A DNA stretch of 60,247 nucleotides from a virus (lineage: Duplodnaviria > Caudoviricetes). Location: positions 1-60,247 of IMG/VR virus record IMGVR_UViG_3300023118_000002; one strand, given 5' to 3'. The notes beneath the pieces were generated by a model. It made no database searches. It was not told where the DNA came from and saw nothing but the letters and a program-made list of their open reading frames with translations. Each line of letters starts with the position of its first letter. Within the stretch, counting starts at the first letter, position 1. The translations under genes and the position numbers were made by a program. This document shows, piece after piece, positions 43,063 to 52,500 of this stretch.

Positions 43063-43270
43063 CCGGTGTCTGGCTCATGAAAGACTCCACCCGAGCAAGT
43101 TCCTCGAGCTCCTCACGTGCCTTCTGATTGAGCGCCTTAACAATCAGCCCCGCCATGACAGGAGTACCTGCGTCAGGCACAACCTCGTTCCACGACGATC
43201 GACCAGCCGGCTTTTTGATGACACTGACGATACCGTTAGCTTTGAAATATGTTGCGAATTCGTCCATCAT
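43040..43270 (-). CDS. hypothetical protein
   Basis: GGAGTAAATGATG start context. Confidence 0.6.
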   Translation of the reverse strand: MMDEFATYFKANGIVSVIKKPAGRSSWNEVVPDAGTPVMAGLIVKALNQKAREELEELARVESFMSQTPDGKAPDA

Positions 43271-43692
43271 TTACTCCCTTCAAAGTGCATGTTTTTCTTG
43301 CCCCACCGAATGGTGATGTTGCGAGTAAGCGGAGACCGGTCAATCTCCATAACCACGCCGAGATCTGCAGCTCTATCTGTGTAGATACGTTTGAGCTGGG
43401 TGTTGCTTATAGATGGCAATGAAAGCATGAGCTGCTCAGTCAAGATGATCTCGCCCTCTTTACCAACCGGCAACGGCCAGCCTTCATAATCGGTGCGCTG
43501 AAGTCGCAACTGCTTAGCTTTTTTGTTACGCTTTTTGGCATAACGGTCATAGCTATAGGCGCGCAGCTTAGACAGACCACCGAGAATGATAACAGGCAGA
43601 ACACCCATCAAGACAATGATGATGAAATATCCAGCAGCAATGCCACCTGCAATTACGAAAAGCCACATCCACCATGTCATTTCAGGCATCAC
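43267..43692 (-). CDS. membrane protein
   Basis: N-terminal hydrophobic segment; GGAGG RBS. Confidence 0.65.
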   Translation of the reverse strand: MMPEMTWWMWLFVIAGGIAAGYFIIIVLMGVLPVIILGGLSKLRAYSYDRYAKKRNKKAKQLRLQRTDYEGWPLPVGKEGEIILTEQLMLSLPSISNTQLKRIYTDRAADLGVVMEIDRSPLTRNITIRWGKKNMHFEGSK

Positions 43693-43784
43693 GTACCTCC
43701 AGTTGTAAGGCCCGCAATGACCAGCATAACGAACAGCGCAAACATCACAATTACGACCAGGACAATACCACCGCAGCCCCTCAT

Positions 43785-44018
43785 CTAAAACTCCCCGTTC
43801 AGAATATCGATCATCACCAGAGTTGTCGGCTTGCCGGCCTTGAGGTACTCCACCATCTTGTCGAAATGTTCACGACAGAGAGACATACCGCCAAGGATCG
43901 CAACCGCTTGGCGGGAATACTGCTCGCCCTCTTTGAGCTCATGAGCGATACAAAGCCGAAGCACATGCCCCGATGCGTCGATCTTTTCCTCGGTTTCAAA
44001 CTGAATTGCCTTTTCCAT
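43785..44018 (-). CDS. hypothetical protein, paralog-like to 46039..46227
   Basis: Extended RBS; C..AVAILGGMSLCREH. Confidence 0.65.
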   Translation of the reverse strand: MEKAIQFETEEKIDASGHVLRLCIAHELKEGEQYSRQAVAILGGMSLCREHFDKMVEYLKAGKPTTLVMIDILNGEF

Positions 44019-44220
44019 GTTGTTCTCCTTTCAAGAGAAATATATCTTTTATAGCTTCGTTAGTCCGCTCAAGTCTTTCAACTTCTTGGGTAATGACTAC
44101 TGTTCCGTTTTCTAATCCCTCAAGCAATCGCTTAGCCGTTGGATCGGTATCTTGAGTCTGGATTGCCCGGTCTACAAGCGCTTGGGGGACATATGAAACA
44201 AAGGGCTCGCTTCTATCCAT
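43996..44220 (-). CDS. hypothetical protein
   Basis: 74 aa ORF coupled to upstream stop. Confidence 0.5.
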   Translation of the reverse strand: MDRSEPFVSYVPQALVDRAIQTQDTDPTAKRLLEGLENGTVVITQEVERLERTNEAIKDIFLLKGEQHGKGNSV

Positions 44221-44876
44221 TAGAGCTCTGGATCTTGCCGTTCGGAACGAATTCTTCCGATTTCATCCTGGATATACCAGATGGCTTTTTCCAAGTCGTT
44301 GATCTGCTTTTCGACCGTGTCACCACTGCCGGCTTTCAGACCATTACGCCAAAGGTACTTAAAAGCACTACCAATGTTAAAATTCCTGTGCCGAACCACC
44401 TCAATACACTCAATCCCACTTGGATCGATATTGTAGTGCTTAGGGTGGTTCACACCAGCTTGATCGATATCATTACCGGTGGTGCTCTTTTCTTCTTGAT
44501 TACTGTTCACGTGAGCATCTCTCCAATCAGGTTTAGCGATAGCAATCCCCAAGCATTTCTTACACATTGGACGAGTAGCGGTGTCATGGCTAATGTCATA
44601 CTCGAGGTTTGCGTAACTTAGTGCATTGTTAAGTCGAGGAACACCACACAATGTTTGCTCACTATCCAAAAGCGGTCTGTGAACCAAGGGAATTATCGCC
44701 TGAGGCTCATTGGCTTCTGAATTCCCCGCGGGACCTTCCGGACCTACCTGAGGTAGTTTTGGCTCCACGTATTCGTTACACTCGCACCTACTTCGTGCAC
44801 AAGGATGGCGATCTCCAGGATGCACCATCGGGTGACTACTCCACGAATGACCACAGTATTCACATAGCGGTTCCAT
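44220..44876 (-). CDS. DUF3310-domain protein with Cys-rich N-terminus
   Basis: VNHPKHY..GIECIEV..FNIGSAFKYLWR..DLEKAIWYI. Confidence 0.8.
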   Translation of the reverse strand: MEPLCEYCGHSWSSHPMVHPGDRHPCARSRCECNEYVEPKLPQVGPEGPAGNSEANEPQAIIPLVHRPLLDSEQTLCGVPRLNNALSYANLEYDISHDTATRPMCKKCLGIAIAKPDWRDAHVNSNQEEKSTTGNDIDQAGVNHPKHYNIDPSGIECIEVVRHRNFNIGSAFKYLWRNGLKAGSGDTVEKQINDLEKAIWYIQDEIGRIRSERQDPEL

Positions 44877-45601
44877 TATGGTGCCACCCTTCCATTCCTG
44901 ACAAATGCGTCGTAAGTAGCCGGCATTGCTTTTGCAAAATGCGCTGCAACCTTCATAGCACCCATCTGGATCTCCCACTGAGGGTAGGAGCGCACCAGAC
45001 TGTCCTCCGACTCAATCCTCAGTGAGAGGAAGTTCATCAGGGAACGAGCATTGACCGTCCAGTACATCTGAGTGTAGATGTTAACCGGAAGGACCATGCG
45101 AGCAACCTCGTTAGCAATACCGGCCTTGAGCATCCACTGGTAATGCTCCCAAGCGTCTACGGCACTGTGATTGAGAATACCCTGGATGTCCATAGTAGCC
45201 TCGAGATTGGGCTCGAAAACGGGACGCATTTTTGTACCCACGTTGATCACCTTGCGACCGTGGTCTGGGGTATAGAACTTCGGGGGCAGCTCAGTGTAGC
45301 GACCGCTCATCTCATTGAAACTCGACATGCGATGACGCTGCCACTCACGAACGACAAACAGTGGTGCCTCCACAAAGAAGGTAAACATATTGTGCTCGAA
45401 CGGACTACCATGACGACCGGCCATAAGTGCCTCTATAAGGCGCTGTGGGACCGTCTCAGGCTTGTTCTCGCCCTTACTGGATACCTGTGCGGCCTGGACA
45501 ACCATGTCGTCAGAAGCCATTGCACGGACCAGATTGACAGTGATTTCACTGCTAAATTCGATTGGGGGTCTTTCGTCTACTTTACTCATCATTTTCTCCA
45601 T
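44876..45601 (-). CDS. thyX: flavin-dependent thymidylate synthase
   Basis: HGSPFEH; RHRMSSFNEMSGRY (RHRx7SxR); EVARMVLP; NARSLMNFLSLR. Confidence 0.95.
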   Translation of the reverse strand: MEKMMSKVDERPPIEFSSEITVNLVRAMASDDMVVQAAQVSSKGENKPETVPQRLIEALMAGRHGSPFEHNMFTFFVEAPLFVVREWQRHRMSSFNEMSGRYTELPPKFYTPDHGRKVINVGTKMRPVFEPNLEATMDIQGILNHSAVDAWEHYQWMLKAGIANEVARMVLPVNIYTQMYWTVNARSLMNFLSLRIESEDSLVRSYPQWEIQMGAMKVAAHFAKAMPATYDAFVRNGRVAP

Positions 45602-45788
45602 AATATACAGATGTAATTCGTTGATTAATCAGGTTGAGTTCGTCCACTTGATGCATGTAAACGTCGCCAGAATACATAAAAGAAGACATCATGCTTCTGA
45701 TTTTGCGGACGTACTCTCGCTTAAGAATACGAACCAGTTTTCTGCGGGCGCGGCGTTCAGGCTGTGTGAGATACTTTTTAGTTTTCAT
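45582..45788 (-). CDS. small basic protein
   Basis: 68 aa ORF, ATGA overlap. Confidence 0.55.
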   Translation of the reverse strand: MKTKKYLTQPERRARRKLVRILKREYVRKIRSMMSSFMYSGDVYMHQVDELNLINQRITSVYYGENDE

Positions 45789-46042
45789 CGGTCAGTAAAC
45801 CTTTGGACTTCTTGCTGCAAAGCCATTTCAAGAAGTCCACGACGCTCAATAAAGCGCATATCCTCCTTGAAATATGATGCCAGCTGCGCCGTTCTGCGTT
45901 GCTCGAGCTCAACTGAAGTCTGCTCAGTAATCAGAATCCAAGTACGAACATAGGGCTGATCTTCGTCGTTAACCGTATCAACAAACTCAGATATAGCGGC
46001 ATTGAGCTTATCTCGAGCCGCCTCTTTCTCTTCGTCCATCAC
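45785..46042 (-). CDS. hypothetical protein
   Basis: 85 aa, GAGGA RBS. Confidence 0.6.
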   Translation of the reverse strand: MMDEEKEAARDKLNAAISEFVDTVNDEDQPYVRTWILITEQTSVELEQRRTAQLASYFKEDMRFIERRGLLEMALQQEVQRFTDR

Positions 46043-46227
46043 TCGAAGTCCTCATCCCGCTGATAGGTAATTCGACCTTCCCAAACAGGCAACGTTTCAA
46101 ACACTCGAGAAACATTCTTGTCCGAGACATTTGAAATATGGTGCTCACAGACGGCAGTACCACTTCGAATTGTGATCGCGTCGAAAGCTTCGCCTTCTTT
46201 TACCATCAAGCACACTGCACACTTCAT
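46039..46227 (-). CDS. small zinc-binding protein
   Basis: CAVC...AITIRSGTAVCEHH. Confidence 0.6.
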   Translation of the reverse strand: MKCAVCLMVKEGEAFDAITIRSGTAVCEHHISNVSDKNVSRVFETLPVWEGRITYQRDEDFE

Positions 46228-46447
46228 TAGTCAGTCACCAACTCAGGATGCTTGTTTACGAAATCTTCGGCCGCGGCACGGTAAATAGACATGCCAAGAG
46301 GAGCGTTATCGTCAGTCCATTCACTAAAATGATTGGCTAAAAGTTCTATAAGTTCTTGTCTGTTCATTTAGTTTCTCCTTTCAAGAGAACGGTGGGGTCA
46401 TCGACTTTTCGCCAAATGACCCCACCGGGAATTTTTCGTAAAACTGC

Positions 46448-46741
46448 TTACGAAACTTTTTCGTACTTGCGATCAAAGACACTCGACTTGCAAGGGTAGA
46501 ACTCACCCTCGGTTCCTCGAATGATCCAGAAATCCTCGAGCGCTGCCATGATACCTTCAAGTGTGTGCACTCGGATCTGTGCCTGATGGACACCGGACTC
46601 GTTGGGCTCAACGTATTTGGCAATCCCGCCGTTGGCTTCTACCCACTCGATGATCTCGCCGGCCTGCTGCTGAGAACCATCCCAGTAACGTGCCTCGATC
46701 TCTACCTGACGGCTAAGAAACTTTTCTGCCTTCTCCATCAA
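46448..46741 (-). CDS. conserved small phage protein (TLEG...WIIRG..GEFYPC family)
   Basis: IEARYWDG, HTLEG, GEFYPCK..F...YE. Confidence 0.75.
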   Translation of the reverse strand: MMEKAEKFLSRQVEIEARYWDGSQQQAGEIIEWVEANGGIAKYVEPNESGVHQAQIRVHTLEGIMAALEDFWIIRGTEGEFYPCKSSVFDRKYEKVS

Positions 46742-47111
46742 TGCCTCCTTCTAGTCCAGTTAGGTTTTCCCACGAGTGGGGGGTCTCAGCATCGATATGG
46801 GTTGCCGGGAAAGTGCACCCTAGAATTCCACAAGGGTGTTCAGGAGTACCTGCCTGAGGCCGCTCGATCTCGTTGCGAGTATCCACATCGAAGTGAATGG
46901 TTCCGTGAGTAAACTGTGCATGAATGCCGAGGTTGAAAATATCCTCATCACACTCAGAGCAGTCGTACCTACGTATCTCATCGAGGTTTTCTGGGTCGTG
47001 CTTGGGTAGGATCGTGTAGTGAACTACGAGTTCTTCCGGCGTGTTGGCTTCTTTCACAATAGCCTCCACGTCATGGACCTGCTCAAAGAAAGGCTTCTCT
47101 TGATCAGTCAT
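46713..47111 (-). CDS. acidic Cys/His-containing hypothetical protein
   Basis: CSEC..H...H; AAGG RBS. Confidence 0.6.
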   Translation of the reverse strand: MTDQEKPFFEQVHDVEAIVKEANTPEELVVHYTILPKHDPENLDEIRRYDCSECDEDIFNLGIHAQFTHGTIHFDVDTRNEIERPQAGTPEHPCGILGCTFPATHIDAETPHSWENLTGLEGGIDGEGRKVS

Positions 47112-47210
47112 CCTTTTTAGCCTTTCTTACCTCGGCTGAACCGATCGCGTAGCCAATAAAGATACACACTATTGCCGTCAGCACCCCTAAGAAGAACGAT
47201 AGGTTCTCCA

Positions 47211-47483
47211 TTACTTCTTGAACCCTTGAAACTCGTTGGCCTTTTGGACCCTGTACTGCCCTTCGCCTACGATGATCACGTCACCGACATTGGCAACGCG
47301 CCAGCCCTTCTTGGTACGGACCTTGACACGATGACGGCTCTGGTCGCCATTACCGTCCACGTAATAGATGGCGTCAGCTGCTCCGCCACGCTCATTGATC
47401 CAGTTAGCCAGCTCTAGGAAGTTCTTGACTGTGACCTTAACACCGCGGTCACCATTCTCTAGCTTGCGTGTTTTAATTGCCAT
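47211..47483 (-). CDS. hypothetical protein, possibly related to 46448..46741
   Basis: AAGGAG RBS; VRTKKGWRVANVGDVII. Confidence 0.7.
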   Translation of the reverse strand: MAIKTRKLENGDRGVKVTVKNFLELANWINERGGAADAIYYVDGNGDQSRHRVKVRTKKGWRVANVGDVIIVGEGQYRVQKANEFQGFKK

Positions 47484-47596
47484 GAGATACTCCTTGATTG
47501 AAATTGAGGAATTGGGTTAAATACCAACCACTAAGCCATTTGCTCGACCCTAAATTCCATTTGATCGAGCAGTTACAGCCGTAATGCTGACACCCA

Positions 47597-47635
47597 TGGG
47601 GCGTGTGAAACTCCATACTATGTTCACACGCCCCA
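47597..47635. terminator. hairpin after SSB
   Basis: TGGGGCGTGTGAA...TTCACACGCCCCA 13 bp inverted repeat; no clear T-tail. Confidence 0.5.
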
Positions 47636-47652
47636 CAAATGATTATCATGAT

Positions 47653-48174
47653 TTAGAAAGGCTCTTCGAGAGGGTTCTCGCGGAACACAACACTAGATTG
47701 CGTACTGCTGATCTTGTTCTCGGGGACCTCTGCATACTTCATCTCGAGCTCGTCTTCCTCGATGGTGAAGTATCCACTACGAAGGTAGGCAGTAATACCC
47801 TGCTTACCGTTGAAGTCATAGTGGTAGGGGTTGACGATCAGGTCGACATTGGTGAGCACAGCCCAGTCCAGCATCGGCATGTCTTCCTCGTCGAGAGTCG
47901 TCTTGTTGCGTGAAGTCACAAGGACCAGACGCGGACGCGGCTCGCTGTTGAAGTTGACCTTGATCTTAAGGAAGGGCTGGGGCTGATCATCGTCATCACG
48001 AGGCTTGAGGTACTTCACGTTCCAGCCATCGGCCTTCATCTGAGTAGCCACATCGTCGTTCAGGAGAACCAGGAAGTTACGCTCTCCCTTGTTGTTGAAC
48101 TGTCCCTCCTTACCCGAGAAGTTACGGATACGGATCTGGACGCCCTCCATAGTGACGTCATCTTTGCGTGCCAT
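47653..48174 (-). CDS. putative single-stranded DNA-binding protein
   Basis: RNFSG...N..G.RNF block, acidic C-terminus ending in F, near the polymerase. Confidence 0.65.
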   Translation of the reverse strand: MARKDDVTMEGVQIRIRNFSGKEGQFNNKGERNFLVLLNDDVATQMKADGWNVKYLKPRDDDDQPQPFLKIKVNFNSEPRPRLVLVTSRNKTTLDEEDMPMLDWAVLTNVDLIVNPYHYDFNGKQGITAYLRSGYFTIEEDELEMKYAEVPENKISSTQSSVVFRENPLEEPF

Positions 48175-48178
48175 TTGC

Positions 48179-48529
48179 TTAGTCTTCCTTCTGCAGTTCG
48201 TCGTTCTTTGCGATTGCCTTGTGCGCCCACATGGACGCTTCCTCGAGTGCGGTCTGAGCAAGGTCTGCTTCACGAGACTTACCGAGACGACGGTTCAATC
48301 CCTTAGCAAAGCCCTTGAAGTTCTCTCGCAGTTCAGCGTGCTGAGCAGTACTATTGTTCGGACCCTCGATGGTCGCCTTGTGGAAACCAAAGCGGTTCTC
48401 GATCTCGTCATCGCTAAGCAGGGTGTTCTCGAACTGCACCACCTCGATACCTTCGGGAAGAGGCTGTCCCGCCGGCCAGATCGGCTCCTGGGGCTGCCCA
48501 ACCGGGCTCTGGGTGTTGAATTCACTCAT
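48179..48529 (-). CDS. Acb2/Tad1-like helical hairpin protein, candidate anti-defence sponge
   Basis: SREADLAQTALEEASMWAHKAIA helix. Confidence 0.55.
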   Translation of the reverse strand: MSEFNTQSPVGQPQEPIWPAGQPLPEGIEVVQFENTLLSDDEIENRFGFHKATIEGPNNSTAQHAELRENFKGFAKGLNRRLGKSREADLAQTALEEASMWAHKAIAKNDELQKED

Positions 48530-48839
48530 CAGTTTTCTCCTTTGTTTTGTTGATTACATCTTCGGCTCGGTCAGCATCAAGCACTACTGTACTAAACCCG
48601 ACCAAACTTTCGCTCAGTAGTTCGGAGATGGCATTACCCTCATTAATCTCCATGAGAATATGCACACCATCGCCGTCTACACTTTCGACTTTTGCCTTAC
48701 CGATCGTGGCGCCTCCCTGATAATAGAGAGGCACCCAACCTTCAGCGTCTTTTCCGTCTAGCAAGTCGACTCGCCTTCTTTCGTAACTTATCCGCCCGCT
48801 TTTGGTGCGCCGCGGCATAACCACGCATGTCGTCTGCAC
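48522..48839 (-). CDS. hypothetical protein, start uncertain
   Basis: ORF filling the gap. Confidence 0.55.
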   Translation of the reverse strand: MQTTCVVMPRRTKSGRISYERRRVDLLDGKDAEGWVPLYYQGGATIGKAKVESVDGDGVHILMEINEGNAISELLSESLVGFSTVVLDADRAEDVINKTKEKTDE

Positions 48840-49014
48840 GATGCAGATGCCAATCCTGTTCTTTTTGTACGTCAGCGAGCTTCATGAAAGCTACGTCGAA
48901 ACGCTCGCTCCACTGGTTAGCTAGTTCTACCTCTTGTATCGCTTTAGCCTCCAGCTCTCTTGCTTGATTGCGCTCAGCAGCTTCTTGAGCGAGGAGATCA
49001 TACGCTGTGTCCAT
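48742..49014 (-). CDS. coiled-coil hypothetical protein
   Basis: AAGGA RBS; heptad pattern. Confidence 0.55.
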   Translation of the reverse strand: MDTAYDLLAQEAAERNQARELEAKAIQEVELANQWSERFDVAFMKLADVQKEQDWHLHRADDMRGYAAAHQKRADKLRKKASRLARRKRR

Positions 49015-49108
49015 GACTGTTCCTTCTTTCCATGACGGGGGTAATATTTTGCAGTCCCCTCAGTCACTTGAACGTCGAGGAGACGGTTGAACTCTTGTCG
49101 TTTAGCTT

Positions 49109-49537
49109 CTACAGAACTGCTGTCCATACCACTGCTCCAATCACGATCAGGGCGTCAAACACGACGCCATATAGAATACCTCGCCAAAGCCACTTACGCT
49201 TGTCTTCACGACGCTGGTTGTGACTCAGATCGTTCATAGCAAGAACAAGAGCCGCGGCTTTGACCTGCTGCATACTTCTAATCGACTGAACCGCATGACC
49301 CATTAGATGACGCATACCGCCTTTGAGATCGTGATCGGCGTCATAACCCAGATCTTCTATCTGCCGAATCCTTTCAGACATGACGTAGTAGTTCCACTGG
49401 TCCGCGTTCATCGTATCGACAGGCGGGATGTCTTTATACTCAGTGCAAGTACAATTACTAATCAAACAACGAGTGTCACCTTCTGCATGGTATGCGGTTT
49501 TATGCATACAGTTTGCACACCTCATGATACGAACCAT
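49109..49537 (-). CDS. Cys-rich protein with C-terminal TM helix
   Basis: CANC.H...C...CTC, similar to the N-terminus of 44220..44876. Confidence 0.6.
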   Translation of the reverse strand: MVRIMRCANCMHKTAYHAEGDTRCLISNCTCTEYKDIPPVDTMNADQWNYYVMSERIRQIEDLGYDADHDLKGGMRHLMGHAVQSIRSMQQVKAAALVLAMNDLSHNQRREDKRKWLWRGILYGVVFDALIVIGAVVWTAVL

Positions 49538-52500
49538 TCCACATCACCGAACTTGGCAATATTGTCCTTGGCATCGTCAACCAGATGATCGAAGTAACGC
49601 ATGTCGATTGACTTCTCCAACCCCATGGTCTTTACCATCTCAGACTCGAGCCACAAATATCCCGTAGCTCCGGTAGCCGAATGGAACTTCCCATCCTTCT
49701 CACGCTGAAGCAGTCCACCACCCTCAGTTACAGGGCAGAAGACTCCGGTCTTACCAACGAAACGCTTGTTGTCATTAGCGAGGGCCATCATCTCCTTGTC
49801 ATTAGTGAAGTCAAGCCAAAGACTCGTCTGGACCGACTTGGTCTCACACTTGTCCTTAAAGAGAATGTTCTGATGCGTGAAGAGCTTCTTGAAGACGTAC
49901 GGGTGCTTAAACTGCGCTCCCGTGGCATCCCATTCAGCCGGCTTACGTCCGTCAGTTTTCTTACCCACGAACACCGCGTCATTGACAAGACAGATCTTTT
50001 CGTAAGTTGCCTCGTGCTCGAACTCGTATCCGTAGTTCTGACCGAACTCCATGACAGCGTCGATGATGGTCTTAGGATCAGTATCCTTGGGCACCACAAT
50101 CTTGATCGAGTCGGTCTTGATGTGAATGACCTGGTAGCCGAACTCCTGCACCATCTGCTTGCAGAGAATCATGAAGAGAGCTCCACGCTTTGCCACAATG
50201 TTGTCGACATTGCGAGGATCACGGAATGCGTTTTCAAACTTCTGCATGGTGAGCCCGTAAACGATGTTGATAACAATCTTAAGCGCGTATGCCAGAGCGT
50301 CAGAACCAGAAGTGTCCTCGAGGTACTTGGCAAGCCGTCCACCAAACATTTCCCTAGCCTCGTCGAAGTTCTTACGCTTAATAGCGATACGAGCCTTCTT
50401 GATTTCGGCATAGTTCTTGGTGTACTCATCTCCAAAGAGGTTGAGCAGCTCGATCGAGGTCGGATGCATAGATGCAACGTCCAGGAGCACAACGTTCTCG
50501 TACATACCTGGCTCGGCATAAACGTACCCACCTTCACCTGTGATCTCACCATGGAAAGTCGACTTACCACTCTCAAAGGTGTATCCGGGGAATTCATCAG
50601 CAAGGTTCGTATAAACGAATTCCTCCTGCGGCCGACGGTTCTCACCGAAGACAATACGAGCCGCGTGCTGCTGAGTAGTAGCGTTAGCCGAAAGACCGGA
50701 AAGCTCAGACAGAATCTGACGAGCAATGAAGTCTTCCTTACGAGCATCAAACACTGCCTCAGTTGCGCGCACATCGTTTTCACAATATGCTGCAATCTGA
50801 TCCCACATGTCTTCTGGCGCTGGCTTGTCCCATGGAATACTCATCTCAACGTGAGGAATATCCAGATCGACTTCCCACTTCTTCAAGCTCTTCTTCTCAT
50901 TTGCGAAGTCAAAGACGTCGGTATAAGAGAGGTTGTAGGCTTCACCGAAGGTGGCATTCGGTACGTTGCTGATCAGCTTCTGACTGAGCTTGTAAAGCCG
51001 CTCGTTGTCATAACCAAGATAGCGAGCATACAGAATGTGATTGTCGTACTTCCGGTTGTTGAACCCGACGAGACGAAACTTGAGAAGTTGCTCGACCTCT
51101 GCAGGTGATGGGTTGATCATGGTAGTGACGTTCTCAGCACCATAATACTTCCAGCAGATCATGAAGAGGTTGGAATATACCTCAAGGTCAAAGATGACGA
51201 TTGGTACTTCCTTAACCTCCTCTTCAACATCCTCATACTTCTCTTCCGACACCTCAGAAGCAAACTTCATCTGAGCTACCAGACGCATAGCCGGCAACGC
51301 TTGGTTGGTCGAGTTTCCTGCAAAGGCAAGGATCTTGTTACGCATGTCAGTCACGTCATAGACGAGGTCTGAGGCATACGCATCTTCTAGAATCTTATGA
51401 ATGAAGTCCACACTAGATTTGGTACCAGGATGAATCTCCTTCCGCAGGTTCCGGTCGATCAATTCCCGGAGAGCTTTCTCCGACTTGATCTGGTCTGAAT
51501 TCATCACTTTTTTCTCCTTGGTTGGAAGTGCTCCAGGATGGAGAGTTGCCACGGGTATATTGTTACACCGAGACAATCTTCTACGAAGGCTTGCATCTCC
51601 ATTAAAGACTTTGACTTCGATTCCATCGTCGTAGACCGACGAGAGTTCCGAGACGTCTCCGTCATAGATATAGTGGAGGTGGATGCCCGCGCCACTCTTG
51701 GAGAACTCCGCGTATGTGCTAGGCCACGAGCTCGCTTTCTCGAGGCTCCTTTCCGCGCTTTTTTCACCGGTTGCATCCCTCAAATCGAAGTCGATCACAA
51801 TATGATTCTGCGGTACCTTAACGTAATGCTCTTGGGTAGTGTCAAGATCCTGCAGCATAGTATGGACTACTTTAGAATCGGCAGGAATATACTCTTTACC
51901 ATCCTTACCGATCCTCGGGTTGTTCGTCCAGAACTTCATGTAACCGTCGTCGTTCACAGAATACTGCGCCGGCATGGTTGCCATCTCACGATCGAACAGG
52001 CTTTCGGTTTCGTCCATTACCAAAGAGAACACTCGAGCTTCCTCGACATGCTTCTGTGACTTGAACTTGTCAGCAGTAAACCCGGTGTACCAGCTGCGAC
52101 TGCGTGTTCCATCCTCTGCAATGTGAACGTCTTCGAAGTTCTCGAAGTAATTCTTAAGCTCCTCACGGAACTTGTACATCGGCATAGAGAATGAGAGATC
52201 AGCTTCTTTAACGTAATCCTTGTACAGATCGAAAGCTCTTTTGAGACTAATTCCCTCCGGGTCTTTTAGGTCCTCCCAATGCCACTCAACGAAGTTGAAG
52301 AACACGTCAGTTTGCAACATCATGTCCTCCGGCACATACCCCGAGTAGTAATCCTTACCCATGTTGCGATAAACCTCGAGGGCGTGAGACGCAATTGCCC
52401 CAAGCTCGAACTCAATACGCGACATAAGTGCCTGATACTTACGAGGACTAACCTTGTTACCCGTAGGCTTCACGTCGATGAGACGACGCAACAGACCGCT

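Noticed and set aside
47484-47596. Additional structured RNA after SSB
   Set aside because: Only isolated hairpins (e.g. TGCTCGA/TCGAGCA) with no recognisable motif; too weak to call
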